In this document: in pieces, positions 8,103 through 19,200 of the stretch
Position numbering within the stretch: position 1 is the first letter of the stretch
How the letters are laid out: the number at the start of each line of letters is the position of its first letter
Origin: Thraustochytrium aureum
Lineage: Eukaryota
Assembly (NCBI GenBank): GCA_012862495.1
Contig: BLSG01000215.1
Coordinates: 86,880-106,879, forward strand
Reading direction: 5' to 3'
Length of the DNA: 20,000 nt
Notes under the pieces: generated by a model
Told to the model about the DNA's origin: nothing
Databases searched by the model: none
What the model saw: only the letters and a program-made list of their open reading frames with translations
Made by a program: the position numbers and the translations under genes

Positions 8103-9650
8103 TCAGAGCCGCTGCCTCAACGCCTCCCGCGCCAACACCGTCGCCGTTTCGTGGTCGCTGATAGAGCTGTCCGAGAGGAGCTCGCCAAGCGCTTGGTCCA
8201 CCGTTTTCCGAATCGTGCCAATCTGCCTTCGAAGGCGAGCGTTCTCAGCCTCGAGGGCCCGGGTGTACGGGGCCAGAGCTCTCAGCTGCTGATTGGCAGC
8301 TAGTAGAGCTCCCTGATTGAGGTTCGTCGCGATGAATGCGTACTCGACGACGCTCTCTCGCCACGCCCGGTTGAACATAATCATCTTGTTGAGCTCGCGG
8401 CGCACGAAAGCGCAGCGCATCGCCTCGCTCTGGTGGCAAGCAAGAGCAAGCGCTTCGAGAGGGACGTGGGATATCGACACGCGCCGCAGGATCAAATCCC
8501 GATACTCTTGGGTAAGCGACGGGCGCTCAGCCAAGAAACGGAGCGCGACCTGCAATATCCGCTCCGCCAACCCCGCGTCGCGCTTGCTGCTCGCAAGGAC
8601 CTCAGCTAGGACCGCAGGGTCCACTGGCTTGGACCGATCCTCCAGGAAGGCAAGATGAACCTCTGCATTTTCTCGCACATGTGTCCTCGCGAACGCGATC
8701 ACCTTTTCTATGGGGTCGTACGCCTTCTCAGCCTCACTGAAGAGCTCCGAAAGGCCCACGCAGCCATCGCTATCCGCCTCCGCGCCTGAATTCGTCTCGA
8801 CGGCAACTCGGGCGCGCGTGTCCGCTCTGTTTGCCTTCATCTCGAGCAAGAGTGCCTTAAAGAAGACGACAATCGCATGCTGGTCATAGACCTGTGACAC
8901 GCCGGCGGCCCGGAGCGCTTTTGGCGATGCTGCCGCAATGTCTGCGATGGAATGCAGGCCGGCTGCCCGGAAGGCGCTATTGCTCAGCCCTTGCTCGCTT
9001 GCATACGTTTCGATCACTTCTTTCTCATTCACGATCGAGTGCGGGGCTTTCGTGTAGAGCTGGTCGAGCTCCCATGCGATCCTCAAAGACGCGACTGGCT
9101 GCCCCAAATTCGTGTCGTGGGCTTGAGCGGTATGATTGGCGTCAAACGATACGTCGTCGACAGCGCTTGGAGGCTCTCGTGCTGGCTCCTTCTTCTGCTC
9201 AGCGGCTTTGCCCTCCTTGACAACCCCAGCGCGTCGTGCGTCCTCGTACATCAAAGCAGCTGCAATCGTTGGGCTCATGTTTTCCTTCATCCAGTGCAGA
9301 ACACCGATCTTGAGGTCCGGCACCAAGAACTGGTCCGAGACCTCCAGGACTTCGAACGCATCTGCTTCGTGCAAGTCTGTCGGGAGCGTCCCGCTGTACA
9401 GGAACTTGAGAATTACCGTGAGCGCGCTGCGGCTAACGTCGGCAAGGACCAGCTCGCGGCTCTTCCCCTCCGAAAACCCTTGGTCGACGAGGCGACGAAA
9501 GAAATCGCTGAACGGCTGTCGCCGTAGCTTGTACCTGCTCGCACGGACGCGGCCATCCGCACAAACGAACTCGATGTCAGAGCACTCTTCGCTGTCAACT
9601 TCGGCATGAAGCTCCGTCGTACGGAAAAGGTCAGAATCAACCAGAGACAT
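8103..9650 (-). CDS. BTB/POZ domain protein (BTB, inserted SAM-like region, BACK-like region, C-terminal coiled coil), 515 aa
   Basis: Complete ORF with an ATG start. The BTB signature reads SDIEFVCADGRVRASRYKL...SDFFRRLVDQGFSEGKSRELVLADVSRSALTVILKFLYSG...EVLEVSDQFLVPDLK. The BACK-like part reads VIAFARTHVREN...LAEVLASS...ERILQVALRFL...LILRRVSISHVP. Confidence 0.9.
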   Translation of the reverse strand: MSLVDSDLFRTTELHAEVDSEECSDIEFVCADGRVRASRYKLRRQPFSDFFRRLVDQGFSEGKSRELVLADVSRSALTVILKFLYSGTLPTDLHEADAFEVLEVSDQFLVPDLKIGVLHWMKENMSPTIAAALMYEDARRAGVVKEGKAAEQKKEPAREPPSAVDDVSFDANHTAQAHDTNLGQPVASLRIAWELDQLYTKAPHSIVNEKEVIETYASEQGLSNSAFRAAGLHSIADIAAASPKALRAAGVSQVYDQHAIVVFFKALLLEMKANRADTRARVAVETNSGAEADSDGCVGLSELFSEAEKAYDPIEKVIAFARTHVRENAEVHLAFLEDRSKPVDPAVLAEVLASSKRDAGLAERILQVALRFLAERPSLTQEYRDLILRRVSISHVPLEALALACHQSEAMRCAFVRRELNKMIMFNRAWRESVVEYAFIATNLNQGALLAANQQLRALAPYTRALEAENARLRRQIGTIRKTVDQALGELLSDSSISDHETATVLAREALRQRL

Positions 9651-10233
9651 GGTGGCCGCGAAGAGGCGCGCGGGCTGTTCTGCCCTACGGCTTCTTCGCG
9701 ATGTGGGGCGGCCTCGCCTGCTGCAGCACCCTGGACGGTCGATTGGGTGTTTGGCAAGCCGGCTTTGGGGCCAAACACGCGCGGATGTCCAGAGCCCTCA
9801 TCCATTTCGTTCAGGAAACACACGAGTGTTGCGGGAACATGACCAGAGCGCAGAAAGGCGCCAGACATCGCCTCCCGACCTGTCGAGCGCGCTCCTCCCG
9901 CCACAGAGGAACTGGTTGCCAGCGAGCAGAGCGTGAGCCAGTGCTCAGCATTCCACGAACGACCCCGAGCGCAGCGGGCGAGCGGAGCGACAAAAGGCAG
10001 CAATGGAAATTTTGATCTTTTTGATTGAAAGTGACGCCGTGGGGTCCATTCGGTTTGGTAGCGCCGAGCACTGCGATGGAACAGAAGAACAAAAGGATTT
10101 CGAAGGATGCTGCTGCATTATACTGCCGCTTGAAGAAGGCACTACAGACAGGCTCGAGGCAGGGCCGCGGCGCGCAGGCGCGGGCGAGACTCGAGCAGTG
10201 CGCTGTATGGCTTCGGCGCGAGGCTCCAGAGCG

Positions 10234-13200
10234 ATGGCGGGCGATGCGGAGAGCAACGCGAGCGGCGGTACAGCGCCGGCGAGCTCTGCGGGGACCTGGG
10301 ACGCGGGGCGATTCCGGCGGCAATGGCGGCAGCCTTGCCAGGGAGTCTGGCGGTCGCAGGTGGAAGTCCGCCCCGACGGCGAGGCAGGTTTGCTGCCTGG
10401 TGGACGCCTTCGCGGTGGGCGAGGTGCGAGCACGGGCGCTACTGCATCTCAAGTATCTGAATGAGTCATGCATGAGCCTCGAGTACGAGGGTGACATCAA
10501 GGTCGTGTCCGTGACGGGAATGGATGGCAGCGTGGCTCATGCAGCGAGCAGGCCCGACAAGTGCGCGGCCGCGATCCTGGTTGCTTCAACGCGAGTCTGC
10601 TTCGTTTACAGACGCTATCATGTCGCGTTCGTGCTCGACATGAGCGAATCGATGTACAGCGTCTGCAAGATGCAAACGATGGCAGGACCCGGCCCGGACT
10701 ACGACATGCCCTGCGAGCAGGTTCTCCCGGTCCTCAGCGCTGTGTTGCAAGCTTTGGAGCTCCCGTTGGCCGTCCCTGTTTCTGGCGTAAGCATCCGTGT
10801 TCAGGTCAAGGTGTCTGTCATCGTTCGCAATCTGAGGACGGTCCGGCGTCTTGTGGAAGGGGCTCCGCTCGGCCGTGGTGCTGCTTCGGGGGTACTTGCC
10901 ACTGTGCGGAGTGGTTTGGACGAGTTGGAGAGAGACAGGCAGCGACTCGTCCGTGAACCCGAGACGCAGAAGCGCATGCAGGACGCCATCCTTTGCCCGC
11001 TGGCCAGCCCCGACCTCATCTCGCTACTTAGCGAAGCAATAGCCGCTCTCCAGTACGTCGACCCGATCGCCGCGCCATGCCTCCTCGCCATTACGGACGG
11101 CGTGGTTGCAGTCCCGCAAACCCCAACAGGCGACGACAGGCAGCCCACGCTCGTCACGCTCGCGCGGCTCGACATCCCGCTCAGCTTCGTCCACGTCTCT
11201 GCGCTCGAGATGATAAGCGGGCCGCTTTGCAATCTTCCCGACGTCTCCAACATGCTCATGTGCGCGGCCGCCACGGGTGGGACCTGCTTTGATGTCAATT
11301 TTCTGCGCCACGTCGCGAGCGAGGCCACAAACTACGCGCTTGCCCACAAGGTTCGACGTCCGACCCGCAAGAGCAAGCGCCGAGCCAAGGCCAGGGGCAT
11401 GTCGGATACTGGCTCACTTTCCTCGGCGAGCACAGCTGGTGCAGGCCGCCTTTCAAACCTCGTGGACGAGTACACTCCTCAACCGGGGTACGCTTGCTCG
11501 ACAAGGCTTGCTGTCGCGTTGCTGTGCCGCTTCAGCCAGCTCGACGACTCCAACGCTTCCGTTCATTCTGGACCCCAAGGTGGCGCGGTCGCCCCCCCTG
11601 GTGCTGGCCCTGGTTTGGCTCCCTCTGCTGGCCTCGCGCCACCGCACGCTGAGCACGGCGGCGCACCAGCCCGGGTTGTCCGGGTCAGCAGACACTGGTA
11701 CGAGTTCATCTTCGTCACGGCTGCAGCGGCGTTTCTCCTTCAACGGGTCAGAAGCCGCCCAAGCCGCCAATCCGAGCAACGCAGCATTGCACGACGTGTC
11801 GGGCAGCCTCCTGAGATCGCAAAGCGCGCAGCACGAGCGGTGGAGGCCGCCGATGCAGCCCTTGGAATTCGGGAGCGGGAGGAGATCATTCAGCGGGAGG
11901 TCATCGCCCAAGAGGAGATGTTTGGAGAAGTGGACTACGCGTCTCAGCAAGGCGTTGGTCCTCTTGCTGGCAGCGCGGCGAGTACGGCCATCCCGGACTT
12001 GATCCCAAACGTCCTCGTCCCGTTTTATTCGCCAAAGCTGTACCGAGCCGCTCTTGAGCCGCGTGTCCGCAAAGCACAAATCATTCAGCCACTTATGGCC
12101 ATTGACAACGCCTATCCGTGGCATGGAGACCCACCCGCGGTGCCTGTCTGTGTCAACGAGCTGATGAGCTACCGGGCGATTGTCAACACCACCGAGGTCC
12201 TGAACTGCCGACTTGCCGAGGGATTCGCCATCAAGCAAGTCGTTTACGACCCGCAAGTGCTGTGCGTTCGCCTTGTATTGCCGTACACAGCGCACGTCAC
12301 CATCAACTACGTCATCAAGGCAGCGCGGGATCCGCTCGCAGTGCGCGTCCCAGCTTCCATCTCCCTCCGGCTTGTTGCGTCGGCCGACTTTCTTCGAGCA
12401 TTCTTCAACACTGGGAAGCAGGTTTCTTCAGCAGCCTCGCCAATTCATGCAACCGCTACGCACTACTCGGCAACCGAATTGCAGAGCGACGCTGGCTCGA
12501 ACGAAATTGCGTTGCGGCTACACCAGTTCGTCAACGCCATCCTCGAAGGAGACCGGGTCCTTGTACATCTCGACCAGCTGCTCCGAGGTGCTCTTGCCAC
12601 AGCGGGCCACGACTCGTCTCCAAGCTCACCGAGCCACTCTGTGCAGCCTCCGCTCGCCGAAGGCGCCCATGGGCCCGTTCCGGGCGGCGGCGGCGGTGGC
12701 GGCGGTGGCGGCGGCGGCGGCGGCTTGGAGCAATCGGTAGACGCGCTCAGCTCTACTCAGCAGCGTCAAGAACTGCGGGGCCGGCAGCAAATGCAGCGCA
12801 ACTCGATTGCCAGCAGTAGCGCTGCGAGGTCCAAAAAGACCAGGTCGCCTGGGGCGCGAGCGCAGGCTGCACAGATGGCCGCGATACCTGATGCAGTTGC
12901 TGGGGATCTGCATTCGCATCTAAAAGCCGTCGCGCAACGGACGGAAAGCGGTGGCGGCAGCGCGCTCAGCAGCGGAAACGGGGAGTCGCCCGACCTCGCA
13001 GGCCAGCAAGCCACGGCTCAAAACTTGCGCCTGGAGGAGCAGCAAAATTAAGACTCGACCATCACCGTACGCCACTGCACGACGCACCCCGTGGCCGCCA
13101 ACCGAACCAGTGGCAAGCCCCGAGCGTACCGGCTGTAAACCCCGCCGACACTATGGCGCGGGCCATTCTCGGAGCCTTTTCCTTCGAGTCGCTGTCGCGT

Positions 13201-16200
13201 TGGCAGCGGTGGTTTCATGTCGATTCGTACGACCTTGTTTTCATGACGCCGGACGTTCGTGACTCATTCTTGGACACGGTTCTGGGCGGCTGGGCTTCCC
13301 ATGCAACCGCGCTGAGGGCTGACGGCGTGCTGCACTTCTTCAAGCTCGCCAACTCTCTGCCGCTCCAGAGCCGGCCCGAGCCAGGCTGAAAATGCATGGA
13401 GTGGAAAGTTTCGGGAGGGAGCAAGCCTCCGTGGATGGCAGCGCACTTGACGCCGTTCGCGGCGTCCTCCCGACCGTTGCGCAAGAACCGGCTCGGATCG
13501 ACTCGGAGCGCTTCGTCGAATTTCAGCCCGCTGCCTTTGTGCTTGGCCGATTTTGCGCCACATCCGATTTCGTTGGATCCTTGCACGTGGCGTTCCCTTC
13601 GGCGACCACGTCGCGGTCCCGTCACCAACTGCTCTGCGACCTCCTTCTTCGCATGGAACAAGCGCTGCCTGGCAAGATCAAAAAGTTCAAGCACGCCAAG
13701 AAGCCTCTGGCTGAGCTCTGCCGAGCCTCGCTCCCAATCGCGCCCAGCATGCTTCCGATGTCCTGCAAACGAGTCTTGTCCGTCACGCAGGCGTTGCTGC
13801 CCAGCTTCTCTTGGTCGCGCGACTGGACCTGGCCGACGCCTGACCTCGCCACCGCACATTACGCAATTCGCACACTAGTCCGGGCTCGGCTAGCGGAAAC
13901 TTTCGTGTTGACATCCACAAGCCTGCCTGTCCGGACGCTGGAAGGGGTTGTCGACGTGGACGACACCAAGACGACGTTCGCTTCTGCCGGTTTCGCGACG
14001 TTTTTCAAGGCGCTCTCCGTTTTCGACACTTTCAACCAGCGCCAGTCGAAGGACACCTGCTTGCTTCAGTACCGCGTCTCGTTCAGCGGCGATGGGACGC
14101 TGCGCACCGAGTTTTGGATTGAATCCGCGTGCAGCTTTTTCAAGCCCTTCGGCGGCAAGGTCATTGATTCGAGCGAGATGCGGCGACGCCTGGAACGCCA
14201 CTTTGAGGAGACAGACGCCGTTTTCGTCTCTGCGGCAGCCACGTTTTTGCAAGTCCAGTCGTCAGCCACCAGNNNNNNNNNNNNNNNNNNNNNNNNNNNN
14301 NNNNNNNNNNNNNNNNNNNNNNNNNNNNNNNNNNNNNNNNNNNNNNNNNNNNNNNNNNNNNNNNNNNNNNNNNNNNNNNNNNNNNNNNNNNNNNNNNNNN
14401 NNNNNNNNNNNNNNNNNTGGCGCCTTGGTCAGCCGCGCAGCGGCCTGGCGCGGCGCGACCTGGAGTGGACCGTCATGCAAATAGGCACCCGAGCCAAGCC
14501 TCCGCGGTGCCAGAGGTGGCCGACCCGTTTGGGGACCTTGAGGGGCCCGCGGCAGACTGTGCCCCGCTTGTTCGCGTACAAAGGGGTGTTGGGAGCGTCT
14601 TGCAGTTTGCGAAACGGTCCAAGATCGCTCTAAGCGCCTTCAAGTCCAGAGGCGGCGGGCGCTCGATTGCAAACGACAAGCTGTTCCACTCGTTCAAGGG
14701 CTCCCTGCAGCGCATTTGCGATGCGCAACTTGTTGACGGCCCGGAAGAAGACGATTCCAGCATTCGGACCGTGCACGAGGACGACGACGCGGCGTTCGCG
14801 GCTCAGCCGACATCTGCATACTTTGCAAAGGTGCTCGATGTGAACAGCGTGCTAGTTGTCGTACTGCACCCCCTGCCAGAGCAAGAAGGGTGGACCGCGA
14901 GTCCGCCATCCCCTTCTATGGCACGTCAAGCTGCGGCCAAAGCCGCAACTGCCAATGCTGACGCGCAGCGCAAGAGTTTTCCCGAGTCAAAGTCGGGCGC
15001 GCTTCGCGACGACCTGGTCTTGCGCGATGTCGCCCCACAGCTCGAACCGTGGGAGGACGTCGGGGTCGAGCTCGAGGTTTTCGAGCTCGACTATAGAGAC
15101 CTCGAGTTTCCTCGCGACCGCGTCGATCCCTCGTTGCAGCAGCTCCTCGGATATCAACGAGAGCGCATGGGTGCAGGAGGGCCGCGAGTGGGGGTGTCTG
15201 ACAATCAGGCTGAAGCGACGCCAGAGACGATGGACCCCGCGCGTCGAGCACGTACTGAAGCGGCCCGGACGGCCCGGCAGGGGCTGGTCGGGGCATTCAC
15301 AGACCAAGTGAAAGCGGCGCACGACTTCGACAAGGTCTTTTCGATACACTGGATCTTCGCCACCGCGAGAAGCAGCGATCCTGTCCAAGCCTTGTTACAT
15401 CCTCAAGATGTGGATGCTTTGCTCCGACACTGCCCGTGCACGACTGCGCTCGTGGACGCGTCACTGCTTCGGTCCATTCTTTCGGCAACCCTTGCACCTT
15501 CCGAAGTTGCTCAAGCAACGCGCTCCTCTGATGAGACGGGCGGGGCTCAAGGCCAAGGCAAGGTCGGGCACGACCCCGTGGACAAAACCGTCGCACCACC
15601 CGTGCCCTGGAAGGATACACCGCTCGTCGAAATCGATCGCAACTTTGAAGCGATTCTCGACGAGTTTTTCGTTCCCATTTCCGGGACGTCCTTCTACTAT
15701 TTCGAGCCACAGCGCGCCGTCTCTCTTTTCAAGCCATCTGGCGACGACGACCCGCACGACGACGACGACGACGACGAGACGAGGAGGAGGAGGAGGAGGA
15801 AGAAGAAGACCACGACGACCAAACAGAAGACGAAGGTGTTGTTGTTGGTAACGCGGACGAGAGAGAAGATGGGGGCGAGCTGGCGGGCGACGGCCGCGTG
15901 CAGGCCCGCCGCCACGCCGCAGCGCGTTCCGGGGCGTCTGGGCGAGTCACGAGTGGTCGTGGCCACGTGGATCACAAAAGCGACTTTCTTCAGCGCCAGC
16001 GCGATCGAATCGAGGGTGACAACAAAGTAGGGCAATGCAGGGACGCGCTCGGCGTATCGGACCAACGGGGCGCGAGCCACAGAGGCCGGGCCAANNNNNN
16101 NNNNNNNNNNNNNNNNNNNNNNNNNNNNNNNNNNNNNNNNNNNNNNNNNNNNNNNNNNNNNNNNNNNNNNNNNNNNNNNNNNNNNNNNNNNNNNNNNNNN

Positions 16201-19200
16201 NNNNNNNNNNNNNNNNNNNNNNNNNNNNNNNNNNNNNNNNNNNNNNNNNNNNNNNNTCTTCTTTCGCATTTTCTGCACGACACACCCCATCTCCGCCGAA
16301 GGGCACGGCGATAGCGAAGGCCCGATGCCCGACGCAACCAGAGAAGTGGCGGCCGAAGGCCGGGATTCGAGCAGCGCTGCGGCAGGTGTGCTCGCACAGA
16401 CCTCGGACGTGTCCGATGGCCGGATCTGTGAATGCATTATGTCCACGAGCGTTGAGGGCGGGCCAACCAAGGTGTTTGTCAACCTAACCTTTTGCACGCT
16501 CCCGCGCAGGCCGCAGAGGAGCAGGCTTGGGTCCTCGCCTCCGCCTATGCCCGGCCTCGGCCTGCTTCAAGAAAAAATGCTCTGGTACTGGACCCGTGCT
16601 GTTCGACGCCGGATTCGCGCGCGCGTCAAAGCGATGGTGTCCTCCGCGGTTCTTTCGGCGCTGCAGCGCGTGTACCCGGTGACGGGCAAAACGATTTCGC
16701 TAGTCCAGCAGCTGTTGGACCGGGGCTCACTTCCAGCCAGCGTCATCGCGCGCGTGACGATCCCGCTGTCATTCATAAACCAAGACATGGGCACCCAGCT
16801 GTTCGCGGAGCACATTGGCAAGACGCCTGTCCTAAGCCTTCGTCGGGTTGGCGTGTCGGACGTGTACTTTGTCGTGGAGCCAGTCGAGTCGCATTCGACT
16901 CACGCGGATGCGAGCTCGAGTCCGGGGCCATCGTTGCGCGACAGCAACGTTGCTTCAGCCGTGGACGAGTCTGCAGCGCTTCACAGCAACCCAATGCCGG
17001 CTTTGCGCGAGGTGCATTCCGCTGACTTGGACTATCCGCTTTCAGTCGCTGCACCAACGGCGGCGCTGCGTGACGAGTGGGGCGCGAGGGAATACACTGT
17101 CCCGTTCTGGGCGATTATCACGGTTGCCGGGCCGTCGGTGGCGCTCGAGTTCCACCACCCGACGCTGTCCAACCCGAGCCAAGCCCGATTCATCCTTGAG
17201 TTTCTGAAGAACGGGGTTCGCAAGACTGCTGAGCGGGTGAATCAGATGATTCTGCTCCACCAACTGCACGAGAGTCGGCTCGCAAGTCGCCTCCTCATTG
17301 AACCTGACGAAGCGGCGCCCGCACAAGCCGTTAACCACCCACGCGGCTCGGCTTTGGGCGCAGCGCAGCAGCGCGCCAGGCTTGACGCTGCTCGCTCCAG
17401 GCTTGGGCACAGGACATCCTCATATGACCCAGCGAGGCCTGGACTCGGCGGGGCGGCGTCGCAGAGCTCGGAGCGCGGGACGAGCGGCACCCAAGGAGCC
17501 TCTAGCAAGACGGTGATTGGTGGCCAGCCGGGAGCCGCAGGTACGGGCTCTGGCGTCGGTCCTCCCCCGGGAGTCAGAACGAGCCTGCAGCGCGTGGCGA
17601 ATCTGGTGCGGACCACACTCGCCAAGGCGAATGGGACCCGTCCGCGATGCCGGATGGCCGCCTCGGGTGCCCGTGCTATTATCGCGAGAGCTTTCTAGTG
17701 CCAGAGCGTCTGCACATCAGCGTGGCCATGCACGAGCTGCGGGAGAAGGCGCTTCACCCATTCCTCGTGAGTAACCGGCGCAATACCTTTGTGTACCGAG
17801 ACAAGTCGGGCCCGATCTTCTACTTGAAGCTGAAGGAAGTGCGGGGGGAGGACGCCGCGCAAAACAAGGTGCTGCTCGAGGTGAACGGGGTTGACCCTCC
17901 GTCCGCGGAGATGCGCGGCATCCTGAGCTCTCTGATGGCAAACAAAATCGCCAACTCAACGCTCGCCGCAATTGGGCGCCTGCTGCACCGAAACCCGCAG
18001 TTCAAGATCCAGGCGTACGACCTGGCATTCGTCCAGAGCACGAGCCCGAAGGCACCTCAGCTGTTTCGGCTGTTGAAGGTACCTGAGAGCGTCCGGGACG
18101 TGGCCGCTTTCGTCTTCATCTTCAAGCAAAACCTGGTGCGGCTCATGGACCAGCTCCACTTTGGGTTCGCCCCAAACAGGGCCCTCGAGCTTTGCTCGCG
18201 AGTGGTTTCGTCGCCTACCGGTGGTGACGTTGAATGGGCCAACTCGGCCTCGGCGCGCGGCATCCCGTCGCCGTCGAGTCGTCTTGACCCCGAAAGGGTG
18301 AACCCAGCTTGGCGGGGTTCTATTCCTGCAAGCGCCTTTGCTGGCGACAGCAGCCGAGTCAACCCCGCCGCGGTGGGCCAGAGTCCAGCCTTTGCTTCGC
18401 CTTGCGCAGATGGTAATAGGTTCTCGCGGCGGCTTGAGATTCGACGGGAGGACATGGCGTTCTTTTTCAACTCCAACACGCCTTCGGCCTCACTCAAGCC
18501 CCGAAAGGGCCGCGAAGTCGACCTGGGGAGCGGAATCGCGGTTAGCTTCATCAGCCTTTGCCTCGTGCCTCCGGGCGCCGACGAGGAAAACCCGAACGCA
18601 ACGTATCAGCGCGTGGGTTTTGTCTCCACAGAGGACGACGAGCTCGCGATGGCGGTCGGGCACCTTGACCAGCGCCCTGCCGCCGCAGAATCGGTGCCGT
18701 CGAGTTCCGTCGTCGCGCCGACAGGGCCAATTGGCAGGCCGGAAGCGACGACTGGGGCTGACGCCCCTTTGCGAGCCCCGGACGGCGGTACACTTCAGAA
18801 GGCCTCTGAGCCGAACATGACTCCTTCACCGGTGCACCCACCTGAGGGCAAGTCCAGTTTAGGGCATTCGAGTTCATCTGGCGCTGATGTGATTCGCGCT
18901 GCGCGCCGGCGCGCGCTTCTTGGCCGCATCAACTTGAGCGCCAGCTTCGACGCGGACTTGAGCAGCAAGTGCGCTTCGTCAATCGCCTCGCAGCAAGATG
19001 CGCCGCGAAAGTCGCCCACAGAAGCGGCCCGCGAAGAGCCCCACTTGGCGCTCGCAGTCGAGCTCTGGCAAAACGGGCACGTCGACCTCGAGAAGCTCTG
19101 GGAGCGGCACCTGGCCGCTTTCGAGCACTCGAGACAGGAATACGAGTTTGAGGCGTTCGATCTAGAAAGACCCATCGCAGTTCGGCAGGTCGAGGGCGAG

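Noticed and set aside
13049..13394. Introns, stop-codon readthrough or selenocysteine at the TAA (13049) and TGA (13387) in the SZT2-like gene
   Set aside because: The downstream coding sequence is in a different frame and is already open upstream of each stop, so a single-base indel explains both more simply.
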